A DNA stretch of 64,000 nucleotides from Nemertoderma westbladi (GCA_032718475.1 JAUCBJ010002853.1:1-64000), one strand, 5' to 3'; numbered from the stretch's first letter, positions 18,871 to 28,639 are shown. Numbers and translations: made by a program. The notes: generated by a model not told the origin, from the letters alone.

Positions 18871-21372
18871 TTAATCAGTAATTGAAGTTTCTGGTTCAAC
18901 ACCTTCACCCCAAACTTTGCTAATCCTATCTTGGATTTTTTGAGTGTAGTTGCTTGCTAATTGTTTGTTGCCGTCTATCAAAGTTCTTTCAGACGCAATT
19001 CTATTGATTATTGATTTCTGAATATCTGTGGTCGGAAGTGGTATTTTCACACCCTTAATGTCTGGATTATTAATAAGTGCCACACCTGCCGACTTTGATA
19101 TTGTTGTTAAATCGAAACCAGACATAAAATTAAACAGGTAGTCTGGTAACAGACGGTCGTTCGTAACTGTCAATGCCATACAATTATTGTCAATGACACA
19201 AGGGATTTTTGTAATTCTTTTCTTGTTTGTTGCTATTGCCGCACCCCTTTTGGGGAAGATGACAGACCCTTGTGGTAAAACATGTTTTTCATTGAATCGT
19301 GATGTGCTTACACAATTATTAGATGTAACAATCTCAACTTGGTTTTTTTCAAGGTTCATATCTGAAACCTTAATACCTGCTAAATCACCGTGCTCATCAA
19401 ATTCTGTTAGAGTGTTGCCATTATTTACACTGACCAACTCACCCAACTCAACCATTTCCCATGAGGGGTCAATGTCGATGGTAGGTTTGTAATTCTCAAC
19501 AACCTGTCTGCACCCATCAATAATGTTCTGATAACCCTCTAACTCATCAACAATCTGTTGTTGAACTTCGATGGGTGGGAGAGGAAAAGAGAAATCACTT
19601 AGGGTAGAAAAGGACAGGTTTGAGATATTCGTTGTGGTCTTTGAATTGTTGATAAAAAACTGCTTTGCTGCTTCACCATTTAGGACTGCATTTAGATACT
19701 TTGGATGAACAAACTCTTGTTTTGCCCTTATGACACCCATAAACGCACCAAAACATGTTTCAGAAGGTGCTGACCCAACAAAGGTGGTTCGTCCTACCAG
19801 TGACAAACTGTTTGCTAATGAAATAAGAATGTCATTGTCGATGAGAAATTTATCGAAGTTCTTGACCAGATTCTTTTCTATCAAGTAACAGTGTTCTTGA
19901 ACAATTCCATTCGATTGTGCTGCTTTTGTCGTAACAACGTTACAAGATGTATCAGTTTTCTCTTGAAGTTGGTCTCTTTTTGAAAAAGTGACACCCCGCA
20001 CAAACTCAGAGACTGATGATAATTTGACGGTCTCGAAATTGGATTTACTTTCAATCTGCTCAAGATAAAGGGATGATGAAAACGAGTTCTCTTTATGATT
20101 ACTTAAAGTCTCTTTTGATACGGTTTGAATGTCGGTTTCGATTCCTCTCAGAAACCTAGTTATGTCATCCTTTATTCTGGGGAGGTCATCTTTTGAGATT
20201 GCTGTCCTCTGTGCACCAAGACTGAACCCATCATTTTCAACTTTTGCAAAGAAAATACTGTCTGACTTTTGATTGAGTTCTTTATCCAAAACAAGAATTG
20301 AAGTTTTTACACCAGAATAAGGTTGAAAAACCCCTGCTGGAAGAGAAACAACCCCCACCAAACAATCCTCAACTAGTTTCTTTCTGAGAGTCTTATATGC
20401 AGTGCCTGTTTGGAAAATGATGCCCTCTGGAACAACGATGCCTGCACGACCAGTGGGTTTGAGATGTTCCATGATGTAATCAACGAACAGAACCTCTGCC
20501 CTTGTTGATTGCACCCCAAATCGTGAATGAGGTTGTATTCCACCTGTTGGAGAGAAAAACGGTGGATTCGCAAGAATGACATCATAGTATTCGTTCCACC
20601 TATCCTCAGATGACAGGGTGTCATATTCATGGATTTGAGGACTCGCAAATTGGTGTAGATACATATTCACCAGTGAGATTCGTGTCATATCTGGTGAAAT
20701 GTCATACCCAACGAGATTGTCACCAACTTGTTTACGGTCTGATGCATTGAGTTTGTCACCCAACTTCTTAACAGTGTTCTGAGACAGAATGTGCTTATAG
20801 GATGAAATCAAGAAACCTGCTGTGCCACATGCTGGGTCAAGGATGGTTTCATTCATTTGTGGGTTAACTATCTCAACAATGAAGTCGATGATGTGACGAG
20901 GAGTTCTAAACTGCCCTGCATCACCTTGTGCCCCCATGAATGACAGAAGATACTCAAACGCATCGCCTAATTTTTCTGAATGTGAATAGTGGAACTCGTT
21001 AATTTCCTTCAAAAACATATTGAGAGTTGAAGGGTCTTTGAATGGAAGAAATGAGTTTTTGAAAATCTCTCTAAACAGGGATGGTGCAGTGGGATTATTA
21101 TACATCCCCTCAATCGCATCACTATAAAGTTGCACCTTATCTGCACCCCCTAATTTTGTATCAAAGAGGTTCTTCCAAGAGTATTTTTCATAGTCACCAA
21201 CAAAGAAGGATGCGACACCACCCATCTCGACTGCTTCTTCGTCCATGTCATACATGAACTTGTAAATTAGTCCTGTAGTGATTTGCTCAACTTGACTCTG
21301 TGGACTTGGAATTTTGCCAACAAGAATATTTCTTAAATCATCTATGCGTTTCTTGGTGACACTATCTAACAT
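18871..21372 (-). CDS. Type I restriction-modification methyltransferase fused to specificity subunit (HsdM-HsdS)
   Basis: GQFRTPRHI, DPACGTAGF and ANPPF (N6 MTase), followed by two TRDs with PLPPIEVQQQIV and IPLPTTDIQKSII conserved repeats. Confidence 0.9.
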   Translation of the reverse strand: MLDSVTKKRIDDLRNILVGKIPSPQSQVEQITTGLIYKFMYDMDEEAVEMGGVASFFVGDYEKYSWKNLFDTKLGGADKVQLYSDAIEGMYNNPTAPSLFREIFKNSFLPFKDPSTLNMFLKEINEFHYSHSEKLGDAFEYLLSFMGAQGDAGQFRTPRHIIDFIVEIVNPQMNETILDPACGTAGFLISSYKHILSQNTVKKLGDKLNASDRKQVGDNLVGYDISPDMTRISLVNMYLHQFASPQIHEYDTLSSEDRWNEYYDVILANPPFFSPTGGIQPHSRFGVQSTRAEVLFVDYIMEHLKPTGRAGIVVPEGIIFQTGTAYKTLRKKLVEDCLVGVVSLPAGVFQPYSGVKTSILVLDKELNQKSDSIFFAKVENDGFSLGAQRTAISKDDLPRIKDDITRFLRGIETDIQTVSKETLSNHKENSFSSSLYLEQIESKSNFETVKLSSVSEFVRGVTFSKRDQLQEKTDTSCNVVTTKAAQSNGIVQEHCYLIEKNLVKNFDKFLIDNDILISLANSLSLVGRTTFVGSAPSETCFGAFMGVIRAKQEFVHPKYLNAVLNGEAAKQFFINNSKTTTNISNLSFSTLSDFSFPLPPIEVQQQIVDELEGYQNIIDGCRQVVENYKPTIDIDPSWEMVELGELVSVNNGNTLTEFDEHGDLAGIKVSDMNLEKNQVEIVTSNNCVSTSRFNEKHVLPQGSVIFPKRGAAIATNKKRITKIPCVIDNNCMALTVTNDRLLPDYLFNFMSGFDLTTISKSAGVALINNPDIKGVKIPLPTTDIQKSIINRIASERTLIDGNKQLASNYTQKIQDRISKVWGEGVEPETSITD

Positions 21373-23830
21373 TCTCTAATCTCTCCAAGTTCACATTGTC
21401 TTTTACATATAAGGGAATGCTCTGTTTTAACTCTTTTGGAAGTTTTCTGAACGCATCACCAGATGGATGAACACCTAATTCTGCGTATCGTTTGCTATCC
21501 ACGATATCTCTAAAATCATCATCGACTGCATATGCCTCAAATACTTCTCTTGCACTTCCATAGATTGCGTCATTTGGTTTGAGTACTTTGTCGAGTTTAT
21601 CAAACTCTTCATCCAGACACTCTCTTTGGGAAGGAATGTGTTCAATATGTCCAAAGATATGGAGAAGAAGTTCTGAAACGGTTAACTTTCTATCAAGACC
21701 CAACGATTTTCTGATTTTTTCAATTGTATAAAACTCTTGTGGTTTATCTAAAACATTGTCGTTCAGATAAGTCTCTGCTTCATCAAAATTCTGTTGAGAA
21801 ACTAAACCTTTAATGATTTCGTCCTCTGACACCTTCTTCTTGAAAGACCTGTAAAGATTTCTATCAATCTTCATACCTTGGTCAGAGAGGAGTATTTCCT
21901 TCAACTCTGCCAGAGGGTCTGGTGCAGTGCTGACCACCTCATCAATGTCTGGAGGGTTTATTGGAGGGTTTATTGGTGGTTCAGAAGGTTTTGAAGGAAG
22001 TTTTAGAACCTTATCGTAATCAAAATCTTTCTCAAAATATTCATAGTTTCCAAAGAAATCAAACAGAAGAAACTGTTCCTTTTGAGGTTCGACATGGTCT
22101 GGGATTTCTGATTTTGTAATCCATGATTGTGAGAAATCACATTTGCGAGTTCCACGACCTTTCATCTGAATAAATTCACTTGGTGAGTAGATAGGACGCA
22201 TCATGCAAATATTCAGAATATCCGTGCAGTCGTAACCAGTTGTCATCATTCCCACTGTCACACAAATACGTGTCTTCGATGTTCTGTAATGAAGGTTAGT
22301 TTTAGACTGTCCATTTAGAGAATTATTTCTGAAATCAATTGTCATTCGTTGCGAGTCTTGAACACTTGAAGTCACTTGGACTGCAAAGTCAGAACTGTAT
22401 TGTTTTGGATAAATTCTGTCTGCAAGTACATTTAGTATTTGAGTGACTTTTGCTGCGTGACTTTGCGAAACACAGAACACCAATGTTTTCCCCATCTCAC
22501 CTGTGTAAGGGTCTTGCATTGCGTGTTTTAGAAAAGTCTCACAAAAAATAGTATTGGTATTTTCTGAAAAGAACTTCTTTTCAAAATCCTTTTGAGTAAA
22601 TGTCTCCTCAAAGTCATTTCCTTCATCATCAACACCTTGAAATATATACCCCTGTTCAGAAAGAAGTTCGGTAGTGATTTCAGTTCGTGCATCAATGACT
22701 TTAGGATTAATGAGATAACCGTCCTTAACTCCATCTTCTAAGGAATATCGGAATGTTGGTTCCCCACTATCACACCCAAAGGTGGTGTAGGTGTCCAACA
22801 TCATTCGTTTCTCTAACTGTCTTGGGTCACTGCCTGCAATATTCTCAACATCTACTGATTTGAGATAGTCTTTAGGAGTTGCAGTGAGTCCTAACTTAAA
22901 TCCAATAAAATATTCAAAAACCTTTCGACTTCTTGCACCCAAAGAACGATGTGCTTCGTCCGAGATAACTAAGTCAAAGTGGTCTGGACGAAATACCTTT
23001 CGGTATTTGTTTCGACTGATAAATGACTGAACAGTAGATATGACAATCTCTGCCTTCGTCCAATCTGATTGATTTTCTTTCCAGACAACTGTCCTAAAGT
23101 CATTTTTGAGGACTTCATCGAACTCTTTCTGTGCCTGAGATTCCAATTCAAGACGGTCTACAAGAAAGAGAACTCTCTTTACTTTGTATAGACGGAGAAA
23201 CATTTTAATGATTGCTGATGAGGTAAGAGTTTTTCCTGTTCCTGTCGCCATCTCCAACAAGAACCTATCTTTGCCTTCTGCAATGCCACTTTGAACTGCT
23301 TTTACTGCCTTCAACTGGTAATCACGAAGAAGACGGAGTTTATTGTTTCTTAAAAACTCGTCTCTTTTTCTGTCATCAAGATAATCTGGATTTTGCTCAA
23401 ATTTAGGAAGTTGAGTTTGTGCAATATAGTCAACGTCAATTTCTTCGACTTCTTGTCGAGGTGGATTGAAGTTAATCTTTCTCAGTTCCAACTGTTCTTG
23501 TGATGGGAAAGTATCAACAATAGTCGGACTGCCTTGTTCAATATCCCAAAAATAATGAGAGACACCATTTGAAAGGATAACAAAACGACAATTCAGAGAT
23601 TCTGCATAACCTCGTGCTTGTTCCTTTCCTACCAATGGAGAAACCAGTTCTTTCTTTGCTTCAATGATGCATAAAGGGAAGTCAGAACTATCTTTAAGAA
23701 CGTAATCTGCAAAACCTGCCTGGTTCTGCATTTCCGTATCAACATTTACAACACCATCATCACCAGAGAGAACCCAGTCAGATTCTCTTAGTAATTTATC
23801 TATAATGATTCTTGCGTTTGCTTCTGACAT
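21362..23830 (-). CDS. hsdR: Type I restriction enzyme R subunit
   Basis: ADYVL..IEAK..QARGYA nuclease motif, MATGTGKT, DEAH, LTATP, TGYD, QMKGRGTR. Confidence 0.92.
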   Translation of the reverse strand: MSEANARIIIDKLLRESDWVLSGDDGVVNVDTEMQNQAGFADYVLKDSSDFPLCIIEAKKELVSPLVGKEQARGYAESLNCRFVILSNGVSHYFWDIEQGSPTIVDTFPSQEQLELRKINFNPPRQEVEEIDVDYIAQTQLPKFEQNPDYLDDRKRDEFLRNNKLRLLRDYQLKAVKAVQSGIAEGKDRFLLEMATGTGKTLTSSAIIKMFLRLYKVKRVLFLVDRLELESQAQKEFDEVLKNDFRTVVWKENQSDWTKAEIVISTVQSFISRNKYRKVFRPDHFDLVISDEAHRSLGARSRKVFEYFIGFKLGLTATPKDYLKSVDVENIAGSDPRQLEKRMMLDTYTTFGCDSGEPTFRYSLEDGVKDGYLINPKVIDARTEITTELLSEQGYIFQGVDDEGNDFEETFTQKDFEKKFFSENTNTIFCETFLKHAMQDPYTGEMGKTLVFCVSQSHAAKVTQILNVLADRIYPKQYSSDFAVQVTSSVQDSQRMTIDFRNNSLNGQSKTNLHYRTSKTRICVTVGMMTTGYDCTDILNICMMRPIYSPSEFIQMKGRGTRKCDFSQSWITKSEIPDHVEPQKEQFLLFDFFGNYEYFEKDFDYDKVLKLPSKPSEPPINPPINPPDIDEVVSTAPDPLAELKEILLSDQGMKIDRNLYRSFKKKVSEDEIIKGLVSQQNFDEAETYLNDNVLDKPQEFYTIEKIRKSLGLDRKLTVSELLLHIFGHIEHIPSQRECLDEEFDKLDKVLKPNDAIYGSAREVFEAYAVDDDFRDIVDSKRYAELGVHPSGDAFRKLPKELKQSIPLYVKDNVNLERLENVR

Positions 23831-23938
23831 TGAGTTCCGAAAATTAGTATAATCTACTGATTATTAATGAAATTTAAGTTTACAGTCAAAGTATGACAAT
23901 TATTTTTGTGATGTGCCAATACTTTCATATTCAATCCA

Positions 23939-23946
23939 TATAAATA
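23939..23946 (+). promoter_or_regulatory. T4-type late promoter consensus TATAAATA (putative)
   Basis: Exact TATAAATA 27 nt before ATG 23973, with AAGGA RBS in between. Confidence 0.45.
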
Positions 23947-23972
23947 CTTCTGAATTAAGTAAGGAAATACAT

Positions 23973-24173
23973 ATGGACATTCATCAAAACAAACAAAGAA
24001 TAGATGCATCGGGTAAGAAACTCGTTACTCTCGGTAACGAATACATCAAATCAAAAGATGCGATTGCCGCACGAAAAGTGCTGGTGAAGATGTTTGGTGA
24101 GATTTCTCAACAGACATTGCTGCTAGGTGAACAGAATGCTCAATTAGACAGAAACCTGAAAGGACTTAAATGA
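23973..24173 (+). CDS. Small coiled-coil hypothetical protein, close homologue of 30495-30698
   Basis: KQRIDASGKKLVTLGNEYIKSKD..ARKVLVKMF.E.SQQTLLL.EQNAQ.DRNL is shared with the element A copy. Confidence 0.75.
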   Translation: MDIHQNKQRIDASGKKLVTLGNEYIKSKDAIAARKVLVKMFGEISQQTLLLGEQNAQLDRNLKGLK

Positions 24174-24373
24174 AAATTACACACGATTATGCCGCAAGAA
24201 TTGATTACGACCTCTGGATGGACTGCCAGAGAGTGAAAGAGTTGGATGGTGCAACAACCTCTATCAACTCATTAGTAAATGAAGGACTGAAATTGGTTCG
24301 TGACAGAAAAATGCAAGAGATTTCATTGCAACGAAAACAACGGAACACACTTCAATCCATCGCAACTTGGTAA
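24170..24373 (+). CDS. Small hypothetical protein, possible ribbon-helix-helix DNA-binding protein
   Basis: ATGA overlap with upstream ORF; YAARID..LW....SINSLVNEGL pattern. Confidence 0.5.
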   Translation: MKITHDYAARIDYDLWMDCQRVKELDGATTSINSLVNEGLKLVRDRKMQEISLQRKQRNTLQSIATW

Positions 24374-24401
24374 GTTTTACCCACTAAAACTTCCAAAATA
24401 G

Positions 24402-24527
24402 GGTGTTGTTATTACCCTTCATTATCACTGACATTTGTTTTTCTATAAGTTATTGATTTTACTACGTTTTGTATTTTATGATTTTTACTGAGGATGCGTA
24501 GTCTAATACAGATGTAATAACAACACC
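24402..24527. repeat. 14-bp perfect inverted repeat GGTGTTGTTATTAC/GTAATAACAACACC flanking an AT-rich spacer with an IHF-like site
   Basis: Arms at 24402-24415 and 24514-24527; TAAGTTATTGATT at about 24446. Confidence 0.75.
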
Positions 24528-24636
24528 TCCCCCCTAAAACTGAACAGTAAGGTACCCATCAATCTATAGTTATACTTATGTGTAGATAGACAAATACCAC
24601 TCCCCCCAAATCGTAGTGAGAGTTGATTGCACTTCC

Positions 24637-25002
24637 CTATACAAATATTCGTTCCCACACTAACTCCATCGTACCAAATTCAATATCCGATGGTGTTTCT
24701 CTGACTTCTTCTCTGTCTAATTTTTGTTGATATCTTTTCAAGACTGAGAACACTTGAGTGTTTTTCCAAGTGTTTCCTCTTACAGTCTTTATACCTTTTT
24801 GATTAAGGTAATCTGCAATCTTCCTGTATCCCAAACCACTATCGTGCAAGGACTTAATCAAGTCGTGATTGCGTTGTTGTTCCTCAGTCCAGTTACGTTT
24901 GTTTATCCTGTGAGTGAGGTTAAACGAGGAAAAGGTTACTGAGAAACAGAGGAATTGTTGCCAGTTCTCTGAAAAATAATCACCGTTCCGACTTACTCGA
25001 CA
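24637..25002 (-). CDS. Detached C-terminal segment of integrase B (recombinase/HTH DNA-binding domain)
   Basis: Open frame from the att core: CRVSRNGDYFSENWQQF...GLGYRKIADYLNQKGIKTVRGNTWKNTQVFSVLKRY; in frame with 15571-17358 after circularisation. Confidence 0.8.
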   Translation of the reverse strand, partial: CRVSRNGDYFSENWQQFLCFSVTFSSFNLTHRINKRNWTEEQQRNHDLIKSLHDSGLGYRKIADYLNQKGIKTVRGNTWKNTQVFSVLKRYQQKLDREEVRETPSDIEFGTMELVWERIFV

Positions 25003-25030
25003 GTAACTGATTACTTCGGATTGGACAATT
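24976..25030 (-). other. Hybrid att junction between elements A and B
   Basis: Minus strand AATTGTCCAATCCGAA-GTAA-TCAGTT-AC-TGTCGAG-TAAGTCGGAACGGTGATTAT: A arm, SVTVE* copy, B arm. Confidence 0.9.
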
Positions 25031-26755
25031 TGAGTCCGCCCCTGAATTCATTTGTTTTTTTTTAGGTTTCCCGACTGACGCAGAAATGTCCAGTACCCCA
25101 CTCTTCTTTTTATTTCGTCCTGTTTTGATTTCATAACCAGAGGACTTCTCTGAGGTGTCTTTGTATTCCAACTTGTCACCGACAATCTTCATTTTGAACT
25201 GGACGGTGATGTTGTGACCATACTGGATTTGTTTACCATCCCTATCCTCTTCAAACTCAGGTGAGACAATAACCTTAGTAATCAAACCCTCTAACCATTC
25301 TCTGGTCTTCTTAGGCGTTGAAGTTTTCCTATTAATGAAATCACCGTACTGACTTAACCAATCCAACCATTGTTTTCTCTCGTCCAAATCTTCAATCTCT
25401 TGGACAAACCTTTGATATTCTCTTTCATAGTGTTCTTTCTCGTCCTCTAACCCTTTTAGGATGAGGTCTACAACCTTTGGGTCTTTTCTCCCCTGTATCC
25501 TTTCAATCTCAATCTTTGCGATGTTCTGGACTGTATTCTCCAAAGATTTGTGATTTCTGCGAACCTTGTCCTCTAATGATTTCTTCTGAATTTTTATCTC
25601 TTCATCGTCTGCAATTTTCGTTGCCAGGACTTCTGACTTAAATTGTTCTTTGAGTGATACGGAATCCTTAACAACTGACTTCACAAGTTTAACCACCGCC
25701 TTGTCGGTGAGACTTCTCTCACAAGACTTTTGATTGTTGCAATCATCGAGGTCTTCACCTCTCCACTTGCGAGACTTACTCACACAAAAATAAGTTTCGG
25801 TGGTCTTACCCGATGGTCTCTTCTTGGATGTGGAACTCATCCTCAAACCACAACAGCACTCCAACAATCCATCCAATAGACCGAAATGTTTCTTGTTATT
25901 GTCTGAGATACGTTGGTTCTGTTGCAGTCTCTTCTTAACCTTGCGGTAAAGCGATACTGAGATGATTTGTGGGATTTGATAAACGTATTCTTTTTCACTG
26001 TCCTTATCGAACCACCGTTTCAATCCAGTGTAGGATTCATTACCCAGCATTTTTTGGATTGTTCCAACGTTCCATAAACCAGTTCTGGTTCGTCTGGGTG
26101 GAATTCCGTTGGAGTCGAGTTGGTTCTTTATTTCGATAGTCTGCATTCCATCTGCATACTCACGAAACATCCATTTAACCCACTTAGACTCTTCCTTATC
26201 AATCACCCATCTTTTGTTTTCATTCCTGTATCCAAAGGTCGGAGTACCACCAAGAAATATTGGAACATCATCAGAGTGATTTTCCAATAGGTGTCTCTTT
26301 CCTCTAATACTGCGCCGTCTGATTTTTCTACTCTCGTTCTCATCCATGATTTGTTGGAATGCATAGAGGAGATTCACTTCCTCTTTCTTTCCAAACTTCC
26401 ATGGTTCAGAACTATCACCGACCCACATCTGGCAACCGTATTTCTCCAAATACAGTGATTCAAATGTGATGTGTTCAAGTCTGGTACGGAATAGTCTACT
26501 GGTTTCTACAATCCAGATATTTCGGACTTCTCCATCCTCAATGCCAGATTTGATTTCATCTAATTCATCTCTGACATTTTGACCCTTGGTGTTTTTAAGG
26601 GTTGAACTCTTTGCACCCTCATCGTGTGATCTAAGGATAAGTCCTAAACGCTCTGCGAGTTGTTCAGAAATCTTTCGCTGAGACTCCAATGAATGACCTT
26701 CGGTCTTCTGTCCTCTTGTGGAAACTCGATAATATGCGTCTAGGTACTTGTTCAT
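24980..26755 (-). CDS. Large serine recombinase (integrase) of element A, integrated-state form
   Basis: MNKYLDAYYRVST, ETSRLFR, CCCG..YFC..C zinc ribbon; clearly paralogous to 15571-17358. ATG 26755 chosen by alignment with integrase B. Confidence 0.93.
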   Translation of the reverse strand: MNKYLDAYYRVSTRGQKTEGHSLESQRKISEQLAERLGLILRSHDEGAKSSTLKNTKGQNVRDELDEIKSGIEDGEVRNIWIVETSRLFRTRLEHITFESLYLEKYGCQMWVGDSSEPWKFGKKEEVNLLYAFQQIMDENESRKIRRRSIRGKRHLLENHSDDVPIFLGGTPTFGYRNENKRWVIDKEESKWVKWMFREYADGMQTIEIKNQLDSNGIPPRRTRTGLWNVGTIQKMLGNESYTGLKRWFDKDSEKEYVYQIPQIISVSLYRKVKKRLQQNQRISDNNKKHFGLLDGLLECCCGLRMSSTSKKRPSGKTTETYFCVSKSRKWRGEDLDDCNNQKSCERSLTDKAVVKLVKSVVKDSVSLKEQFKSEVLATKIADDEEIKIQKKSLEDKVRRNHKSLENTVQNIAKIEIERIQGRKDPKVVDLILKGLEDEKEHYEREYQRFVQEIEDLDERKQWLDWLSQYGDFINRKTSTPKKTREWLEGLITKVIVSPEFEEDRDGKQIQYGHNITVQFKMKIVGDKLEYKDTSEKSSGYEIKTGRNKKKSGVLDISASVGKPKKKQMNSGADSNCPIRSNQLLSSKSER

Positions 26756-26759
26756 AATT

Positions 26760-26817
26760 TGTCCAATCAATGCATTCAAAGTAACCTATTTTTATCAAAG
26801 AGTAAAATGATTGGACA
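26760..26817. promoter_or_regulatory. Inverted repeat TGTCCAATCA...TGATTGGACA upstream of integrase A (copy of att arm; putative autoregulatory operator)
   Basis: Matches the TGTCCAATC core of the element A att arms. Confidence 0.7.
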
Positions 26818-26893
26818 TTATGATATTTCCTGAGGTGTCTCTATTGCATTTGTAGACTGCAAAATATTTTGAGAATAAAGGGGGGTGGGGCAA

Positions 26894-27283
26894 TTACTTC
26901 TTCACACCACCTTCATTCAGAGTAGATGCAATAAGTTCTAGTTGCACAGTGTTGAGGATGTTGATTGCATCTCTTGCCTTCTCATCGTTGTAACCAAAGT
27001 ATCTCTTAACAACTGATAGATATTTGACGGTCACTGCATCCCTCTTCTTCTTGGATTGTGCAACGTACTTCACGTTTTTAGGTAGGGAATGGAGTAAGAA
27101 CTTATAGTGTAATTCCTTATCCATAACCCTCTGATTTGCAGCATTCAAAATTCCCATTGCAGATGCATCGTCACTGAATAATCCTCTTTGAATTAGGTAA
27201 GGAGAATATGAACTTGGTTTCTCATCGTTCCAGATGTCCTTACCTGTGTTCTTAATCGTTGCGATGTATCTGCTGTAGGTCAT
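26894..27283 (-). CDS. T4-like phage clamp-loader small subunit (gp62-like)
   Basis: YSPYLIQRGL...N......LHYKFLLHSL.K...VKRYFGYNDEKARDAINIL...QLELI...LNEGG follows the gp62 pattern (Y.P..IN.., QY.FL.N.., VK.YYGYS.EKA..AL.IL..GG). Confidence 0.75.
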   Translation of the reverse strand: MTYSRYIATIKNTGKDIWNDEKPSSYSPYLIQRGLFSDDASAMGILNAANQRVMDKELHYKFLLHSLPKNVKYVAQSKKKRDAVTVKYLSVVKRYFGYNDEKARDAINILNTVQLELIASTLNEGGVKK

Positions 27284-27285
27284 TC

Positions 27286-27624
27286 TTATGCTACCTCCTT
27301 CTCAAAATACTCTGGATAAACTTGGTAGAGTTTCTTTGCTTCTCCAAACAAACCATTCAATGACTCAGTTAGAGTGTTACTCAGTTTGTCTTTTGAGTTG
27401 TCCCAACATTCATAACTATTAGTTCCGTTTTCCAAAGTTTTTGAGTAGTCGCAGACTTTATCCAAAACCTCGTTGATTTGTTTGTTAGTCAAACCCGAAT
27501 CCTTCATCGCTGTGAGGATGATATTGAACACCTGTTTGTGATGGTGATCTGCAACAAGTGTTTCCCAAGAAAATCCAAAAATGTCTTGGACGTTCAGTTC
27601 TTTTTTAGTCGTTTTGTTTGTCAT
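27286..27624 (-). CDS. Hypothetical protein
   Basis: 112-aa ORF with AAAGGAG RBS, directly upstream of the gp62-like gene. Confidence 0.65.
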   Translation of the reverse strand: MTNKTTKKELNVQDIFGFSWETLVADHHHKQVFNIILTAMKDSGLTNKQINEVLDKVCDYSKTLENGTNSYECWDNSKDKLSNTLTESLNGLFGEAKKLYQVYPEYFEKEVA

Positions 27625-27744
27625 TTTAGTTCTCCTTTATGACGTTTTTTAATCCAGAAAACAGAACCATTTCTCTTTTCTCATTACTTTTATATACTAC
27701 CCGAAATACCCCAGAAAGTCAATAAATATCAGACACTTAGTGCG

Positions 27745-27800
27745 ACCAATAGACGGTGGTATATACATCATTAGACGCAACCAATAGACGGTGCTATAAT
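27745..27800 (+). promoter_or_regulatory. 14-bp direct repeat ACCAATAGACGGTG x2 followed by TATAAT
   Basis: Copies at 27745-27758 and 27780-27793; -10 box at 27795-27800; ATG at 27807. Confidence 0.6.
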
Positions 27801-27806
27801 GGTGTT

Positions 27807-28397
27807 ATGAAAACTAGTAGATGGAACAGATACGATAAAAAGAGTGGGTTATGGATTCCATCGTCCAAACCCATCTACACATTCTGGTTCAAGTATCTCC
27901 AACACGCAGAGAAGGACACCACCAGAACGGTTGATTGGACAAAATATGATGGATGGGGTGGTGCAGACACAATCCTAAACACCAAGTTTGATGCTTGGTG
28001 GAAAACACATTGGAAAGACTTGTTTGGTTATGAACTGGATAAGACAGAACCAAAGTACCCTCTATCAACCATCAAACCTCAACTGGACGGTATCAAGTAC
28101 TCTCTACTGGTATATGAACTTAGGAAAGAGAACCCCTCCTTAGGGTATTGGGAACTCGCAAAAGAGATTGCCGCCAAAGAATATCCAAGACGCAGAGATA
28201 AAGGGAAACGTGACACTAACTTCAAACCCGAACAATGGAGTTTCAATATCGCCCGCCCTGCCGTGGGAAGAGAACTTTGGAGAAAAGACAAAAGAGAGTT
28301 TGGAGAACAGAAACGAGTGTTGAGTTCTCGCATGGGTAGATATCAAAAAAGTGCAGAGAAACACTTGGACAACGTGTGTCGGGGTGTATTTCCGTGA
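27807..28397 (+). CDS. Hypothetical basic, Trp-rich protein (possible DNA-binding regulator)
   Basis: 196-aa ORF, YTFWFKYLQ...FDAWWKTHWKDLF; ATG 6 nt after TATAAT. Confidence 0.7.
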   Translation: MKTSRWNRYDKKSGLWIPSSKPIYTFWFKYLQHAEKDTTRTVDWTKYDGWGGADTILNTKFDAWWKTHWKDLFGYELDKTEPKYPLSTIKPQLDGIKYSLLVYELRKENPSLGYWELAKEIAAKEYPRRRDKGKRDTNFKPEQWSFNIARPAVGRELWRKDKREFGEQKRVLSSRMGRYQKSAEKHLDNVCRGVFP

Positions 28398-28570
28398 GGG
28401 TTAGAACCAAAGACTGTTATGTCTGTAATGACGCAAAGGAAGTCCTGTATCGGTGCCGATACCATGAGTTGAAGGATTGGGTGTTTCTCTGTGGAAAGTG
28501 TCTGACGGACGTTAAATCACGATTTGAGGACACCTATCAATATGGTGGAACCTGGAAGAGTAAGAAGTGA
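28394..28570 (+). CDS. Small zinc-finger-like protein
   Basis: GTGA overlap with upstream stop; CYVC...LYRCR...W.FLCGKC...YQYGGTWK. Confidence 0.6.
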   Translation: MRVRTKDCYVCNDAKEVLYRCRYHELKDWVFLCGKCLTDVKSRFEDTYQYGGTWKSKK

Positions 28571-28639
28571 GTTTTTGAATAATAATGATAAAATGTAGAA
28601 TTGAAGATTTTTGCGATGTGAGCGGGCAGGAGTAAGAAA

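Larger units (their letters stand above)
15604..25004. mobile_element. Integrative element B (about 9.4 kb), serine-integrase element in the glmS 3' end, glmS-distal copy
   Basis: Bounded by SVTVE* copies at 15594-15611 and 24993-25010 (minus strand). Its end arms at 15613-15632 and 24976-24995 form a 19/20 inverted repeat. Confidence 0.9.

Noticed and set aside
26756-26779. Longer TTG start for integrase A
   Set aside because: Overlaps the operator-like repeat; alignment with integrase B supports ATG 26755
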